A DNA stretch of 64,000 bases. Source: Pirellulaceae bacterium (GTDB lineage: Bacteria; Planctomycetota; Planctomycetia; Pirellulales; Pirellulaceae). A program made the position numbers and the translations under genes. Location of the stretch: NCBI GenBank assembly GCA_041751935.1, contig JBGSIA010000057.1, positions 1-64,000 of the forward strand. Direction: 5' to 3'. The notes under the pieces are model-generated. The model did not search any database. It was not told where the DNA came from and saw only the letters and a list, made by a program, of their open reading frames with translations. The stretch's first letter is position 1; each line of letters opens with the position of its first letter. Below are positions 37,587 through 48,147 of this stretch, one piece after another.

Positions 37587-37692
37587 AATTTCGCATTTTT
37601 CTTTGAGTTGGCGAAACAATTCACGTTTGTTCGGGTTTAGCTGTTCGGCGAGGGGCGTTCCGCAGGGAGGGAGTCAATTGATCGGACACCGT

Positions 37693-37755
37693 GGACAGAA
37701 AAGACAGCGGTCCTTTCTGTCCGAAGGTTTATCATAGCCGACTGCCCCTGCGGGG
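37693..37755. terminator. Convergent stem-loops between speA and xylA
   Basis: GGACAGAAA-(12 nt)-TTTCTGTCC is a 9-bp stem at 37693-37722. GCCCC-tgc-GGGGC sits at 37743-37755, just 3' of the xylA stop. Neither is followed by a clean T-tract. Confidence 0.4.
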
Positions 37756-37762
37756 CTTGCCG

Positions 37763-39079
37763 TTACACGCCATCGATGTAGCGATTGACGATGTTTTCGA
37801 GCAGTTCCTGGCGACCGCTTTGATTGGCCGACGCATCGCCCTTTTCAATCATCAATGACTCCAGTTCCTTCAGCCCTATCGTTCCGGCTTCAATTTTCTT
37901 TCCGAGTTCCGAATGCCAACTGCTGTATCGCTCGTCGACAATCTTGTCGATTGCCCGGTCCGCTCGGATCGCAGCAGCAATTTTGAGTCCTCTCGCGAAC
38001 GCATCCATGCCTCCGATGTGCGCGTAGAACAAATCAATCGGCTCGAAACTTTCTCGCCGAACCTTAGCGTCAAAATTAACGCCGCCCGGCGCCAGTCCGT
38101 ACTTCAGAAGCACCAGCATTGTCTGAGTCGTCAAGTAATAGTCGGTGGGAAATTGATCGGTGTCCCAACCCAACAAAAGGTCACCGGTGTTGGCATCGAT
38201 ACTGCCCAGTGCCCCTTGCATACCGGCGTACTCAAGTTCGTGCATCATCGTATGCCCAGCAAGCGTTGCGTGGTTGGTCTCGATGTTCAACTTAAAGTGG
38301 TCCATCAAGTCATAGGCCCGCAAGAAATTGATGCACGCTGCAGCGTCCGAATCGTATTGATGCTTGGTCGGCTCCTTGGGTTTCGGCTCAATCAAGAACT
38401 GACCTTTGAATCCGATTTCCTTGGCGTAATCAACGGCCATGTGGAAGAAGCGGGCCAAGTGATCCAGTTCCCGCTTCATGTCGGTGTTGTACAAGTTTTG
38501 ATAGCCCTCACGCCCACCCCAAAAAACATAGTTCTCGCCGCCAAGAGCATGCGTGACTTCCAGTGCTTTTTTAACTTGAGCCGCCGCGTAGGCATAAACT
38601 TCGACGTTGCACGTTGTCGCCGCGCCGTGCATAAACCGCGGATTGCTAAACATGTTTGCGGTGCCCCACAGCAGCTTGACGCCGCTACGCTTTTGCTCCT
38701 CGCCAAGCACCTTGGCCACGGCATCAAAATTGGCATTGGTATCTCTCAGCGATCCACCTTCGGGAGCGACGTCACGGTCGTGGAACGCATAGAAGGGAAC
38801 GCCAAGCTTTTCGAAGAACTCGAATGCGACTCGCGCACGATTGCACGCGTTCTCTACCGACTCGCTGCCATCGTCCCAGGGGCGATGCATCGTTCCACCG
38901 CCAAACGGATCGCTGCCGGTACCTCGAAACGTGTGCCAATAACAAACCGTGAATCTCAAGTGGTCTCGCATCGACTTGCCCTCGACGATTTCATCGGGGT
39001 TGTACCAGCGAAATGCCAACGGGTTGCTGCTTTGAGGGCCCTCGTACTGAATCTTGGCGATGTTAGAAAATGCGGACAC
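37763..39079 (-). CDS. xylA: Xylose isomerase
   Basis: '[21 protein letters not shown]' and 'FHDRD' match the XylA N-terminus, and 'WGGREGY' is the metal site. The GTG at 39079 gives a 438-aa product, matching E. coli XylA (440 aa). The longer 39163 start adds 28 aa. Confidence 0.85.
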   Translation of the reverse strand: MSAFSNIAKIQYEGPQSSNPLAFRWYNPDEIVEGKSMRDHLRFTVCYWHTFRGTGSDPFGGGTMHRPWDDGSESVENACNRARVAFEFFEKLGVPFYAFHDRDVAPEGGSLRDTNANFDAVAKVLGEEQKRSGVKLLWGTANMFSNPRFMHGAATTCNVEVYAYAAAQVKKALEVTHALGGENYVFWGGREGYQNLYNTDMKRELDHLARFFHMAVDYAKEIGFKGQFLIEPKPKEPTKHQYDSDAAACINFLRAYDLMDHFKLNIETNHATLAGHTMMHELEYAGMQGALGSIDANTGDLLLGWDTDQFPTDYYLTTQTMLVLLKYGLAPGGVNFDAKVRRESFEPIDLFYAHIGGMDAFARGLKIAAAIRADRAIDKIVDERYSSWHSELGKKIEAGTIGLKELESLMIEKGDASANQSGRQELLENIVNRYIDGV

Positions 39080-39317
39080 CGTGGATACTCTTGTGGGTGA
39101 AAAGGAAGGAAATTTCGTGAAGGCTATTGTGCAAAGTCTGAGGAAAGTTGCTAGTGCTTTCACTCAGCTTAAATTTATTTCCGGCTCTGTTAAGTTCATC
39201 GCATTCCTATTGAACTCCTTTCGTTGCGTGCCCGTGCAGTCAACGTGATACAACGAAAAAAAACAAAATTACACATTCGCACGAATTCATTTCTTCTAAT
39301 CAACGCCTGAGATCAAA

Positions 39318-40487
39318 ATGCCAAAACGTCGGTCAGTCGCTCTGTTAGTCGAGACCTCCAACGAGTACGGCCGTGGCTTGCTTGAAGGAGTCTTGGCATA
39401 CAACAAAGAGCACACGAACTGGTCGGTATTTCTTACCGAACAAGGACGTGGTGCGCCGCCGCCCAAGTGGCTTGAAAACTGGAGCGGTGATGGGTTGATC
39501 GCGCGAGTTGAAACGGAGGCGATCGCGAACGCGGTGCAAGCCTTGAATTTGCCCGTTGTGGACCTGAGTGCAGCGCGACAACTGCCGGGCATTCCTTGGG
39601 TCGAAACCGATGACGAAGCGATCGCCAGGCTGGCGCTGGAGCACTTTTCCGAACGAGGATTCAAGCACCTCGCCTACGCTGGCGACCCCAGCTTTGAGTG
39701 GTCCAACTTTCGCTGTGAACACTTTGTTCGTTTGGCCGAGCAGAAGCGTCGCTCAGTCCATATCTACCAAGCAATTCCGCGATACGACTCAGCGTTTACG
39801 CTCAATAAGGAACGCCAGCAACTCTCGAAGTGGCTAAAACAGTTGCCACGGCCGATCGCAATTTTCGCTTGTTATGATCACAAAGGGCAACATGTGCTTG
39901 ACGTCTGTCGGTCACTGGATATTGCCGTGCCCGAAGAGGTCGCCGTCCTTGGAGTCGACAATGATCGGCTGCTTTGCGAGTTCGCCAGTACTCCGCTTTC
40001 GAGCATCATTCCCGATACACAAAAAACAGGTTACGAAGCTGCGGAACTACTCGAGCAAATGATGTCTGGACACGCTCCCACCCGGCGTCGGTTGGTAACT
40101 TCACCGCTGGGCGTAAAGATGCGTGAGTCGACTGATACGTTGGCTATCGATGACCACGATGTCGCTGTCGCGCTTCGTTATATTCGCGATCATGCACACG
40201 AGAATATTCGTATCGCCGACGTGTTAAAGCAAATCCCGCTTTCGCGCCGAGTGTTTGAGAATCGATTCATCCAAACGATTGGGCGAACCCCGCACGACGA
40301 GATCTTGCGACTGCGCATCAATCGCTTGAAGGAATTGCTCACCGACACACACCTGGGAATAGGTGAAATGGCAAAGTTGGCTGGCTATGAACATCCCGAA
40401 TACATGGCCGCCGCCTTCAAACGAGAGACCGGACTGAGCCCTAGTGAATATCGCAGCAAATTCGGTAGCGGCACTCAAGCGGTGTGA
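39318..40487 (+). CDS. xylR: XylR-type regulator (periplasmic-binding-like sensor + AraC-family HTH)
   Basis: The N-terminal sugar-binding-like domain is followed by the C-terminal 'IRIADVLKQIPLSRRVFENRFIQTIGRTPHDEI...YRSKF' AraC HTH pair. The gene is divergent from xylA. Confidence 0.75.
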   Translation: MPKRRSVALLVETSNEYGRGLLEGVLAYNKEHTNWSVFLTEQGRGAPPPKWLENWSGDGLIARVETEAIANAVQALNLPVVDLSAARQLPGIPWVETDDEAIARLALEHFSERGFKHLAYAGDPSFEWSNFRCEHFVRLAEQKRRSVHIYQAIPRYDSAFTLNKERQQLSKWLKQLPRPIAIFACYDHKGQHVLDVCRSLDIAVPEEVAVLGVDNDRLLCEFASTPLSSIIPDTQKTGYEAAELLEQMMSGHAPTRRRLVTSPLGVKMRESTDTLAIDDHDVAVALRYIRDHAHENIRIADVLKQIPLSRRVFENRFIQTIGRTPHDEILRLRINRLKELLTDTHLGIGEMAKLAGYEHPEYMAAAFKRETGLSPSEYRSKFGSGTQAV

Positions 40488-40544
40488 TGAGAGAAGTCGT
40501 CACCAGCCGATTGCCGCTTTCAGCCTGGCTTGATGCACTTGCAC

Positions 40545-40883
40545 CTATCGCAGCTTCTCGTTTCCGCGATGTCGCTCAGCATCGCGGCGAGTCTTCTTTT
40601 CCAGATTCCGACGCAATGCTTCGCCCAAGTCGATCTTGGATTGGTTGGCCAAGCAAATCGTAACAAACAGGACATCAGCGAGTTCGTCAGCCAAATCGCC
40701 AGGCACTTCTCCTGGCTTGTTCGACTGTTCGCCGTGAGATCGCGAGAGGATTCTCGCCACTTCGCCAACCTCCTCAACGAGTTGAGCCAGATTCGTCAAC
40801 TCATGAAAATACCGAACTCCGATGGTGCGAATCCAATCGTCGACCGCGTCCTGTGCCGCGCGAATCGTTAGCGGTTGATCCAT
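40545..40883 (-). CDS. MazG-like nucleotide pyrophosphohydrolase (all-alpha NTP-PPase)
   Basis: 'ELTNLAQLVEEVGEV...ELADVLFVTICLAN' carries the EExxE and D/E metal motifs. Confidence 0.7.
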   Translation of the reverse strand: MDQPLTIRAAQDAVDDWIRTIGVRYFHELTNLAQLVEEVGEVARILSRSHGEQSNKPGEVPGDLADELADVLFVTICLANQSKIDLGEALRRNLEKKTRRDAERHRGNEKLR

Positions 40884-40897
40884 GACGATGGTTTTGG

Positions 40898-42127
40898 TTA
40901 TTGGGCGATCAGCACGTACGTTCCGCTCTTTCCCGCCACGGCAACGTCCCGCTTTCCATCACCATTCAGGTCTTCTGCGACGATTTGCAATCCACAGCCC
41001 ACGTGTCCTTCCTCAATCGTATGTCGCTTGAATTTCAGCTCCTGACGATCCCATGAGTAGTAATACAAACACGGCATTTCCTGGCCGCCAGGATCTTTGC
41101 CGTTGTGAGCGTAATACCGTTTCCCGGTAATTAATTCTTCGGTACCGTCACCGTTGAGGTCTGCCCAGTGCAGTACGTGGGGCTGGCTGTACGTGTTGTC
41201 AATCTCGTGCTTAGTCCACTTCAGCTTTCCAGTTTCGTCTGGACCCTGGTTTTGCCACCAAAATAGTCCGTAGTCGTGACCGTTGCCGAACACGAGATCG
41301 TTCCTGCCGTCACCGTTCAAGTCGCGAACCGTCATCGGCAAGCTGGAATGCAAGTCCCAATCGGCATGAAATGTCCACGGTGTTCCCCAAGCTCCATCCT
41401 TCGGTTGCTCGTACCAGCCCTGGCCGACAAGGACGTCAGCGCGACCATCGCCGCTGAGATCGCCAACTGCGACTCCGTGACCATTTCCGCGAGGTCCAAG
41501 CTCGTGAGACTGCATCTCGTAAATCGCGCCTCCGTCTTTCGGTGAAGCATCGTTTGCTTTGACGGCTTTGGGTACTAACCGCCACACCACCATGGGGACA
41601 TCTTTTTTCCAACTATTGACGATCCATTCGGGAGTGCCATCACCATCGATATCCTGCATCAACTGACCCTCGTTGCAGGTGTTACCGGTGTCAACGAGCA
41701 AGTGCTTGGCAAATGACTTTCCCAGTCGCAAGCCTTCGTCACCAGGGTTTTCGTACCAATAAACCTCGGTTGGAAGAAACGACCCAGCGATTACATCGAG
41801 TCGGCCATCCCCGTTGACGTCCAGCAAAAAGTCGCCGTTGCTCTCCACGTAACCATTCCAGTCATCAATGCTTCGCAGCGGACGTGGCGCCCAGTCGTTG
41901 CCGGAAAACCAATTTCGGCCTGCGACCAAGTCCATCACACCATCGCCATTGATATCTCCTGCGGCGATCCCTTCATTCGCGTCCACGGTCAACAACTTCA
42001 CCTGGAAGCTGGGGTCGTTTGCAAAAGCACTGCGGCAAGTACACACGGTGGCAACCATTATGATAGCTAGTGCCAACGGGTGGTTCACGGCGTGACAACG
42101 ACGGGACGAAACAAAAAGACAACTCAT
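40898..42127 (-). CDS. FG-GAP/VCBS repeat beta-propeller protein (ASPIC/UnbV-like), secreted
   Basis: Repeated 'DxNGDGxxD' calcium-binding FG-GAP motifs (DINGDGVMDL, DVNGDGRLDV, DLSGDGRADV, DLNGDGRNDL, DLNGDGTEEL, DLNGDGKRDV) and a signal peptide. Confidence 0.75.
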   Translation of the reverse strand: MSCLFVSSRRCHAVNHPLALAIIMVATVCTCRSAFANDPSFQVKLLTVDANEGIAAGDINGDGVMDLVAGRNWFSGNDWAPRPLRSIDDWNGYVESNGDFLLDVNGDGRLDVIAGSFLPTEVYWYENPGDEGLRLGKSFAKHLLVDTGNTCNEGQLMQDIDGDGTPEWIVNSWKKDVPMVVWRLVPKAVKANDASPKDGGAIYEMQSHELGPRGNGHGVAVGDLSGDGRADVLVGQGWYEQPKDGAWGTPWTFHADWDLHSSLPMTVRDLNGDGRNDLVFGNGHDYGLFWWQNQGPDETGKLKWTKHEIDNTYSQPHVLHWADLNGDGTEELITGKRYYAHNGKDPGGQEMPCLYYYSWDRQELKFKRHTIEEGHVGCGLQIVAEDLNGDGKRDVAVAGKSGTYVLIAQ

Positions 42128-42404
42128 AATCGATCTCCTCGGGGAACGGGCACTGTGGCTATATTATTCATTGTTGGAGGGATCGTGGTGTTCATTCACA
42201 TAAATTCCTTGGACCGCGAGCGTGGCTGATTCGTTTATCTAATCGTTGCAACCGCCGGGGCGAACCGAATATTTATCCCTAAAGTCACCCCTTGCGATTG
42301 CCGGCTCAGGGTGCATGCCGCCAGGATGATGCGAAGTTTCACGCAGCTAGCTTTGAACTAGCCATAATGTCAACAGAAACACCCTTAAGCTTATCGAGTG
42401 ATCC

Positions 42405-42899
42405 TTGGACTCCCTTTCTGCTACCAACGTGCTGCATTTTGAGGATTTGAAACTCGGCGATAGTTGGCTCAGCGAGTGGCGGGAGGTTACTGCGGATGAC
42501 GTCTCGGACTTCGCCAATCTGACTGGCGATAATGATCCGCTGCATCGAATCGGTGCCGCAAGTTCTCCATTTGGTGAGCCCGTCGCACACGGGCTGCTCG
42601 GACTAAGTTTGCTGGCAGGTTTGAGCAGCCATTACCCGCGAGCGGCAACCTTGGCATTGGTGGGTATCACCGATTGGCAGTTCGAAGCCCCGATCTTTTT
42701 CGGCGACACGGTTCAGGTGCTAACACGGATCGACAGTCTGCAGCATCACGGGCGCCGGGCTGGTCGCGTCGTTTGGCAACGCCAATTGCGTAACCAGCAT
42801 GGGCGAATAGTCCAACAGGGACATTTCGTAACGCTCGTTGCTACGCGAGCCCGTGCCCGTCGGTTGGCATCCTCGCAGGAAACGCGTCCCGAACGATAA
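42405..42899 (+). CDS. MaoC-like (R)-specific enoyl-CoA hydratase / hotdog-fold dehydratase
   Basis: 'FANLTGDNDPLHRIGAASSPFGEPVAHGLL' is the hotdog hydratase motif. The start is TTG at 42405 or GTG at 42429. Confidence 0.65.
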   Translation: MDSLSATNVLHFEDLKLGDSWLSEWREVTADDVSDFANLTGDNDPLHRIGAASSPFGEPVAHGLLGLSLLAGLSSHYPRAATLALVGITDWQFEAPIFFGDTVQVLTRIDSLQHHGRRAGRVVWQRQLRNQHGRIVQQGHFVTLVATRARARRLASSQETRPER

Positions 42900-43085
42900 A
42901 ATCTGCTTGACACGCCGCAGCAAGTCCATGATGTTATAGGAGTTACGGCTCTTAGTCAGGCGAATTTCGCTGGGCTAGTTGTTCGCCGAACGAACTGAAC
43001 GTCGCCTATCCGAGTAACCACACTGGTGCGCACGTTGCACTGTTTTCTTGTCCTAGTTTCCTCGTCTCAACCAAACAGACCCATT

Positions 43086-44783
43086 ATGCGGCGACTTAGC
43101 GGTCAACATCGGCACCGAGTTACGATCATCGCTACCGCGATTTTGTCGCTGGCCACGCTCTGCATCGCCGCCCCGGCCCACGCCTACAAACCCGAAGATC
43201 CCGAGGTTGTCGCAATCGTTGACAAGGCGATCGGTTACTTGGAGCGGCTGACCGAAGAACAAATTCGGGCAACACCTTATGGTGGAGGCGACGGACAGAT
43301 TTTTTTGGTGGCGTATACCCATTTCAAATACGTTCACGACGAGAATTCGAAAGTCGTCAAATTAGGGCTTGATAACGCGACCACGTTTATTGCCAATATT
43401 AAGAAAGATGGAGGTAAATTCCAGCCGACAGCGAAAACGATTTATGAACTATCGATGGCACTGTTGCTGCTGGCGGAAGTCAAGCCGATAGAACGCGCGG
43501 CAGATCTACAGTTCCTCGCAGATACGCTGTATAACCTCCAGAAACCGCACGCTGGGTTTGGATATCCAACGCTGCCCACAGGTGATATTTCGATGGTCCA
43601 GTACGTGGCTTTGGCTTCCTGGACGCTGGATCATGCCGGGGTAAAGCTGTCGTTGGATCGCGTCAATCGGTTGCTAGGCTGGACGATGCGCGTGCAGGAT
43701 GTCAGTGGCGTCTGGCCTTACCAAGGCGAAGATCCAGGGCCTGGACGTGGTCTCATTGCCCAGCCACGCGAAGAGATGTCTGTCCAAATGGGGCTCGCGG
43801 GCGGTAGTGCTGTGCTGATCCTTTCAGACGTATTTCGGATTTGGGACAACGCTGTCGGTGGTTCTCGCTTGGAGGGACTGCCCAAGGCACTCAAGCAAGT
43901 TGATAAGTCGGAGGTGGTTGCGGAGCGTCGAAAAAAATCGCCAGTTAAACAAGAAGAAGTAATCGCTGCCCTGCGACGTATGGATAGTTTTCGAGATCGC
44001 AATCCGTTCAAGCGTGATTCAAAACACGACTGGTACTACTATTATCTTTATACCCTCGAGCGATACGAAAGCTTCAACGAATTGGCAACCGGCCGAGCCA
44101 CTTCCAATGCTTGGTATGACCAGAATGTAGATGAACTCCGACGTGTGCAGGATGGCTCCGGTGGCTGGGCAATCAAAGATTCATCCGTGGTCGGAGCACC
44201 GGTTAGTACTTGTCTAGCGATTTTGTTTTTGATTCGTAGCACGCAGAAAGCAATTGCTAGCATCAGCAAAGGAACGATGGCTGGCGGTTACTCGCTTCCA
44301 TCAAACACAGCAGAAGTGCAAATCAAGGGCACTCAAGTTGTCAAACAACCAGTAGCGACCGCGGTTACCGATCTACTGGATTTGCTCGAGGGCGATGGTG
44401 CCGACAAGATCGAAGACAAATCGATTCCTGAAGATCTTAAGTTGGAAACGGAGCCCGCGGCGCGGGCAGCACAACTGGATCGCCTAATGAGGCTTGTTCG
44501 CGGTAGTCAATCGTGGCAAGCAAGACGGGTTGCCGCTCGTTTGCTTGGCTCCAGTGATGAGCTTAAGGTTGTTCCGGCACTGATCTTTGCGCTCAGCGAT
44601 GGCGACAAACTCGTCCGGGCATATGCTCAAGATGGATTGACTTTCATAGGGCGAAAGTTCACTTCGGAAGTGGACCTCTCCGAAGTAGATCCCAAATCCG
44701 CTGCTGTTTCCCAGGCCCAGAAGCAATGGACCCAGTGGTATCGAACCATTGTTCCTGATTATGTCAGCCAAGACGAGTTCTAG
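43086..44783 (+). CDS. Secreted prenyltransferase/squalene-oxidase-repeat protein with C-terminal HEAT repeats
   Basis: A signal peptide, QxxDGSGxW-type repeats (VQDVSGVWPYQ, VQDGSGGWAIK), and the C-terminal HEAT-like 'VVPALIFALSDGDKLVRAYA'. Confidence 0.5.
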   Translation: MRRLSGQHRHRVTIIATAILSLATLCIAAPAHAYKPEDPEVVAIVDKAIGYLERLTEEQIRATPYGGGDGQIFLVAYTHFKYVHDENSKVVKLGLDNATTFIANIKKDGGKFQPTAKTIYELSMALLLLAEVKPIERAADLQFLADTLYNLQKPHAGFGYPTLPTGDISMVQYVALASWTLDHAGVKLSLDRVNRLLGWTMRVQDVSGVWPYQGEDPGPGRGLIAQPREEMSVQMGLAGGSAVLILSDVFRIWDNAVGGSRLEGLPKALKQVDKSEVVAERRKKSPVKQEEVIAALRRMDSFRDRNPFKRDSKHDWYYYYLYTLERYESFNELATGRATSNAWYDQNVDELRRVQDGSGGWAIKDSSVVGAPVSTCLAILFLIRSTQKAIASISKGTMAGGYSLPSNTAEVQIKGTQVVKQPVATAVTDLLDLLEGDGADKIEDKSIPEDLKLETEPAARAAQLDRLMRLVRGSQSWQARRVAARLLGSSDELKVVPALIFALSDGDKLVRAYAQDGLTFIGRKFTSEVDLSEVDPKSAAVSQAQKQWTQWYRTIVPDYVSQDEF

Positions 44784-44804
44784 TTTGGCAAAGCATCGAT
44801 AGCC

Positions 44805-45650
44805 TTGAGCTCACTTCACACAAATACGCCCTACGAGCTGACGCTAGCTGCCGGCCGCGTGGAAAAGAACTACTGGCGTGACCTGTGGCGATACCGTGAA
44901 CTTTTTCAGGTACTTGCATGGCGCGACATCTCGGTGCGATACAAGCAAACGGTCGCTGGTGTTGCCTGGGCTCTTATTCGCCCGTTTGTAACGATCGCCG
45001 TGCTTACTGTAGTTTTCGGAAAACTTGCTCAATTACCCAGCGATGGTAACACCCCGTACCCGCTCATGGTTTTCGCTGGCATGCTTCCGTGGATGTTTTT
45101 ATCATCAACGTTATCAGACGCTTCTAATAGCCTCATCAATAGCGCAAATCTGATCAGCAAAGTCTATTTTCCTCGACTGATTGTCCCTGCCGCAACGATC
45201 TGTGCCGGGCTGATTGATTTAGCGATAAGCTTTGTCGCATTATTGATACTGATGGCGTGGTATCTCTATCTTCCTGGACCTCAAATACTATTGTTTCCGT
45301 TATTCGTGCTGCTTGCAATCGTTTCGACCTTGGGCCCCAGTCTGTGGATTTCTGCAGTCAACGTTCGCTATCGAGATTTTCGGCACCTCGTACCGTTCGC
45401 TATTCAAATTGGCTTTTATGCATCACCAGTTGGATTCAGTAGTAATGTCATTCCCGAACAATACCGATTATGGTATTCCCTGAACCCCATCGTCGGTATA
45501 ATTGACGGGTTTCGCTGGTGCATTCTCGGTAATCAATCGCCACTGTATTTTCCTGGCCTTCTGGTGAGCATCACGTTTAGTATCCTGTTTCTTGCGTTGG
45601 GTATACGAAGGTTTCGCAAAGTCGAGCGCCAATTTGCCGACTTAATTTAG
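44805..45650 (+). CDS. wzm: ABC-2 type polysaccharide export permease (Wzm/KpsM/TagG family)
   Basis: 'WRYRELFQVLAWRDISVRYKQT' is the Wzm N-terminal signature, followed by 6 TM helices. The start is a non-ATG TTG at 44805. Confidence 0.75.
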   Translation: MSSLHTNTPYELTLAAGRVEKNYWRDLWRYRELFQVLAWRDISVRYKQTVAGVAWALIRPFVTIAVLTVVFGKLAQLPSDGNTPYPLMVFAGMLPWMFLSSTLSDASNSLINSANLISKVYFPRLIVPAATICAGLIDLAISFVALLILMAWYLYLPGPQILLFPLFVLLAIVSTLGPSLWISAVNVRYRDFRHLVPFAIQIGFYASPVGFSSNVIPEQYRLWYSLNPIVGIIDGFRWCILGNQSPLYFPGLLVSITFSILFLALGIRRFRKVERQFADLI

Positions 45651-45700
45651 CCTGCTGGTTAGAGACCCAGCGGATAGTTGCCAGTCCATCACTTATCAAC

Positions 45701-47008
45701 ATGATCACCATTAGAGAGCTTGGTAAGTCGTATCTCCTGGGTCACCAGGAGAGCAGTTCGTCCTTATCGATGGATTTACGAGAATCATTCACCGCCGGAA
45801 TTCGGCGAACTGCGAGAAATGCGTGGCATGCGATCTCCGGACGGCAGCTCATTCAGGGCGACACGATTGAAGAGTTTTGGGCGATTAAGGATATCAACCT
45901 CGACGTGAACCAAGGAGAAGTCATTGGTATCATTGGTCGCAATGGAGCGGGAAAAAGTACACTTTTAAAGATACTCAGCCGGATCACTGAGCCAACACTT
46001 GGCTACGTTACTTTGAGGGGCCGCGTTGCGAGTTTGTTGGAAGTTGGGACTGGCTTCCATTCAGAGTTGACCGGGCGTGAAAATGTTTTTCTCAATGGCG
46101 CAATTCTAGGGATGAATCGTGCCGAAATACGCTCCAAATTCGACGAAATTGTTGAGTTCGCCGGCGTTCAACGATTTCTGGACACACCGGTCAAGCGATA
46201 CTCTTCCGGAATGTATGTTCGCCTCGCGTTTGCTGTTGCAGCGCATCTTGAGCCAGAAATACTCGTGGTCGACGAGGTGCTCGCCGTAGGTGATGCTGAT
46301 TTCCAAAAAAAGTGTCTTGGAAAAATGCAAGATGTGGCTGCGGGGGGGCGGACCGTGCTATTTGTCAGCCACAACATGACCACCGTTCGTGCTTTGACTC
46401 AAAAATGCGTTTGGCTAAAATCCGGACGTTTGATGGCTTTTGAACCAACGGCCCAGGCGATTGATCGATACCTTTCCGACGGTCTAGCGGAAGCTACTCG
46501 TGGTGTTTCGTTAGATTACTTCCGGCGAGACCTTCGGCCGGACTCGCCTGTTAGAATTGTAGAAATCGCCGTATCCGGACATGACAAACAAGGCGACAAG
46601 ATTCCGACAATCGAGGACGGAGAGTTTCGCCAGGTCGCGATTTCGATACAGTCGGACATTCCAGTTGAGTCGGCGAAAATATCACTCTTACTTAAACGCG
46701 ACGGGGAAGATACCGTATGCTGCCTTTACTCCAGCGATGGAGGTGATGTGATTCGTTTGTCGCCGGGAATGAATTTAGTGAAATGCACCCTGCCTAGGCT
46801 GCACCTACCCTCGGGGCGTTTTACCATTGGAATGGGCGTTAGCCCTCGCACGGATTCACCCATCATTGATGTAATCCAAGACTACCCACTTTTCGAAAGC
46901 CGTCTCCGCGGAGCAGAAAACGGCACACTCGAGTATGCCACTCGGCCTTGGGGTGCTGTTTTTCTTCCCGATGCGCGATGGGAGGTTGTCGCCCATGACT
47001 CGCGTTAA
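45701..47008 (+). CDS. wzt: Polysaccharide ABC transporter ATP-binding protein with C-terminal glycan-binding domain (Wzt/TagH family)
   Basis: Walker A 'GRNGAGKST', the ABC signature 'YSSGMYVRLAFAVA', Walker B 'ILVVDE', and a ~180-aa C-terminal beta domain as in Wzt. Confidence 0.8.
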   Translation: MITIRELGKSYLLGHQESSSSLSMDLRESFTAGIRRTARNAWHAISGRQLIQGDTIEEFWAIKDINLDVNQGEVIGIIGRNGAGKSTLLKILSRITEPTLGYVTLRGRVASLLEVGTGFHSELTGRENVFLNGAILGMNRAEIRSKFDEIVEFAGVQRFLDTPVKRYSSGMYVRLAFAVAAHLEPEILVVDEVLAVGDADFQKKCLGKMQDVAAGGRTVLFVSHNMTTVRALTQKCVWLKSGRLMAFEPTAQAIDRYLSDGLAEATRGVSLDYFRRDLRPDSPVRIVEIAVSGHDKQGDKIPTIEDGEFRQVAISIQSDIPVESAKISLLLKRDGEDTVCCLYSSDGGDVIRLSPGMNLVKCTLPRLHLPSGRFTIGMGVSPRTDSPIIDVIQDYPLFESRLRGAENGTLEYATRPWGAVFLPDARWEVVAHDSR

Positions 47009-48140
47009 CTCATCTTATCCCATACCTTTCAACAAACCTTTTGTCGCTGGCAAAGAGCTGTATTACATTGCTCAAGCGGTCACCATGGGGAATCTTGGTG
47101 GTGATGCTCATTTTACTCAAATGTGCTGCCGGACTTTACAAAACCGGTTTGGGATCTCCAAGGTACTCCTTACGCCTTCCTGTACCGCGGCTTTGGAGTT
47201 GGCGTCGATGTTGTGTCAGTTCGATCAAGGCGATGAAGTGATCATGCCATCGTACACATTTGTGTCGACGGCCTCGGCATTCGTCCGTGAGGGAGCTAAA
47301 CCTGTATTCGTCGATATATGCCCGGACACGCTCAATATCGACCCCAAGCAAATCGAGCAAGCCATTACACCGCGAACGAAAGCTGTTTGCGTCGTTCACT
47401 ATGCCGGCGTTGCGTGTGAAATGGATGTCATCTGCGATATAACGCGGCGACATAAGCTGATTCTCATTGAAGATGCCGCTCAAGCTGTCAATTCCTTCTA
47501 CAAAGACAAAGCGTTGGGATCAATCGGCGATCTGGGGTGCTACAGCTTTCACGAAACAAAAAATTACATATGTGGTGAAGGGGGCGCTCTTTGCATCAAT
47601 AATGAAAAGTTCGTCGAGCGAGCCGAGATACTTCGCGACAAAGGCACGAATCGACAGAAGTTTATGCGTGGGCTCGTGGATAAATACACTTGGGTTGATG
47701 TCGGGTCCTCGTATGTCCCCAGCGAACTCTGTGCTGCGTTTCTTTTTGGCCAACTTGAAGAAATGGATCGAATCTCCTCGCGGCGCCATGAAATTTATGA
47801 TCGTTACTTTAGCACACTGCAGCCGCTCCTCAACCATGGGATTCAGCTTCCAGTAATTCCGCCGTCCTGCCGCAGTAATTTTCATCTTTACTTTTTGATT
47901 CTCCGCTCCGCGTTGCAACGCGACGAAGTTCTAGCGAAATTGAGAGAGCAAGGTATTGGCGCCGTATTTCATTATGTACCATTGCATACCTCTCCTCAAG
48001 GGAAGCAGTATTCTGTAAATGTCAGACTTCCCATTACGGAGGATCTCAGTGCTCGACTGATTCGCTTGCCCTTCTACTATGACCTCACCGAAAACGAGCA
48101 ACAACGTGTGATATCCTTGTTAATTGAACTTCTTTCCTAA
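46995..48140 (+). CDS. wecE: dTDP-4-amino-4,6-dideoxy-D-galactose (Fuc4N) transaminase, DegT/DnrJ/EryC1 family
   Basis: Near-collinear with E. coli WecE: 'PFNKPFVAGKELYYIAQAV', 'LLTPSCTAALELA', 'MPSYTFVSTA', 'HYAGVACEMD', 'FHETKNY', 'REKGTNR', 'DKYTWVD', 'FHYVPLH' and 'LIRLPFYYDL'. A GGAGG sequence lies 10 nt upstream. Confidence 0.85.
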   Translation: MTRVNSSYPIPFNKPFVAGKELYYIAQAVTMGNLGGDAHFTQMCCRTLQNRFGISKVLLTPSCTAALELASMLCQFDQGDEVIMPSYTFVSTASAFVREGAKPVFVDICPDTLNIDPKQIEQAITPRTKAVCVVHYAGVACEMDVICDITRRHKLILIEDAAQAVNSFYKDKALGSIGDLGCYSFHETKNYICGEGGALCINNEKFVERAEILRDKGTNRQKFMRGLVDKYTWVDVGSSYVPSELCAAFLFGQLEEMDRISSRRHEIYDRYFSTLQPLLNHGIQLPVIPPSCRSNFHLYFLILRSALQRDEVLAKLREQGIGAVFHYVPLHTSPQGKQYSVNVRLPITEDLSARLIRLPFYYDLTENEQQRVISLLIELLS

Positions 48141-48147
48141 TAAATAA

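Noticed and set aside
37913-39100. 395-aa plus-strand ORF
   Set aside because: It is antisense to xylose isomerase, which is recognisable along its full length. It is a shadow ORF.
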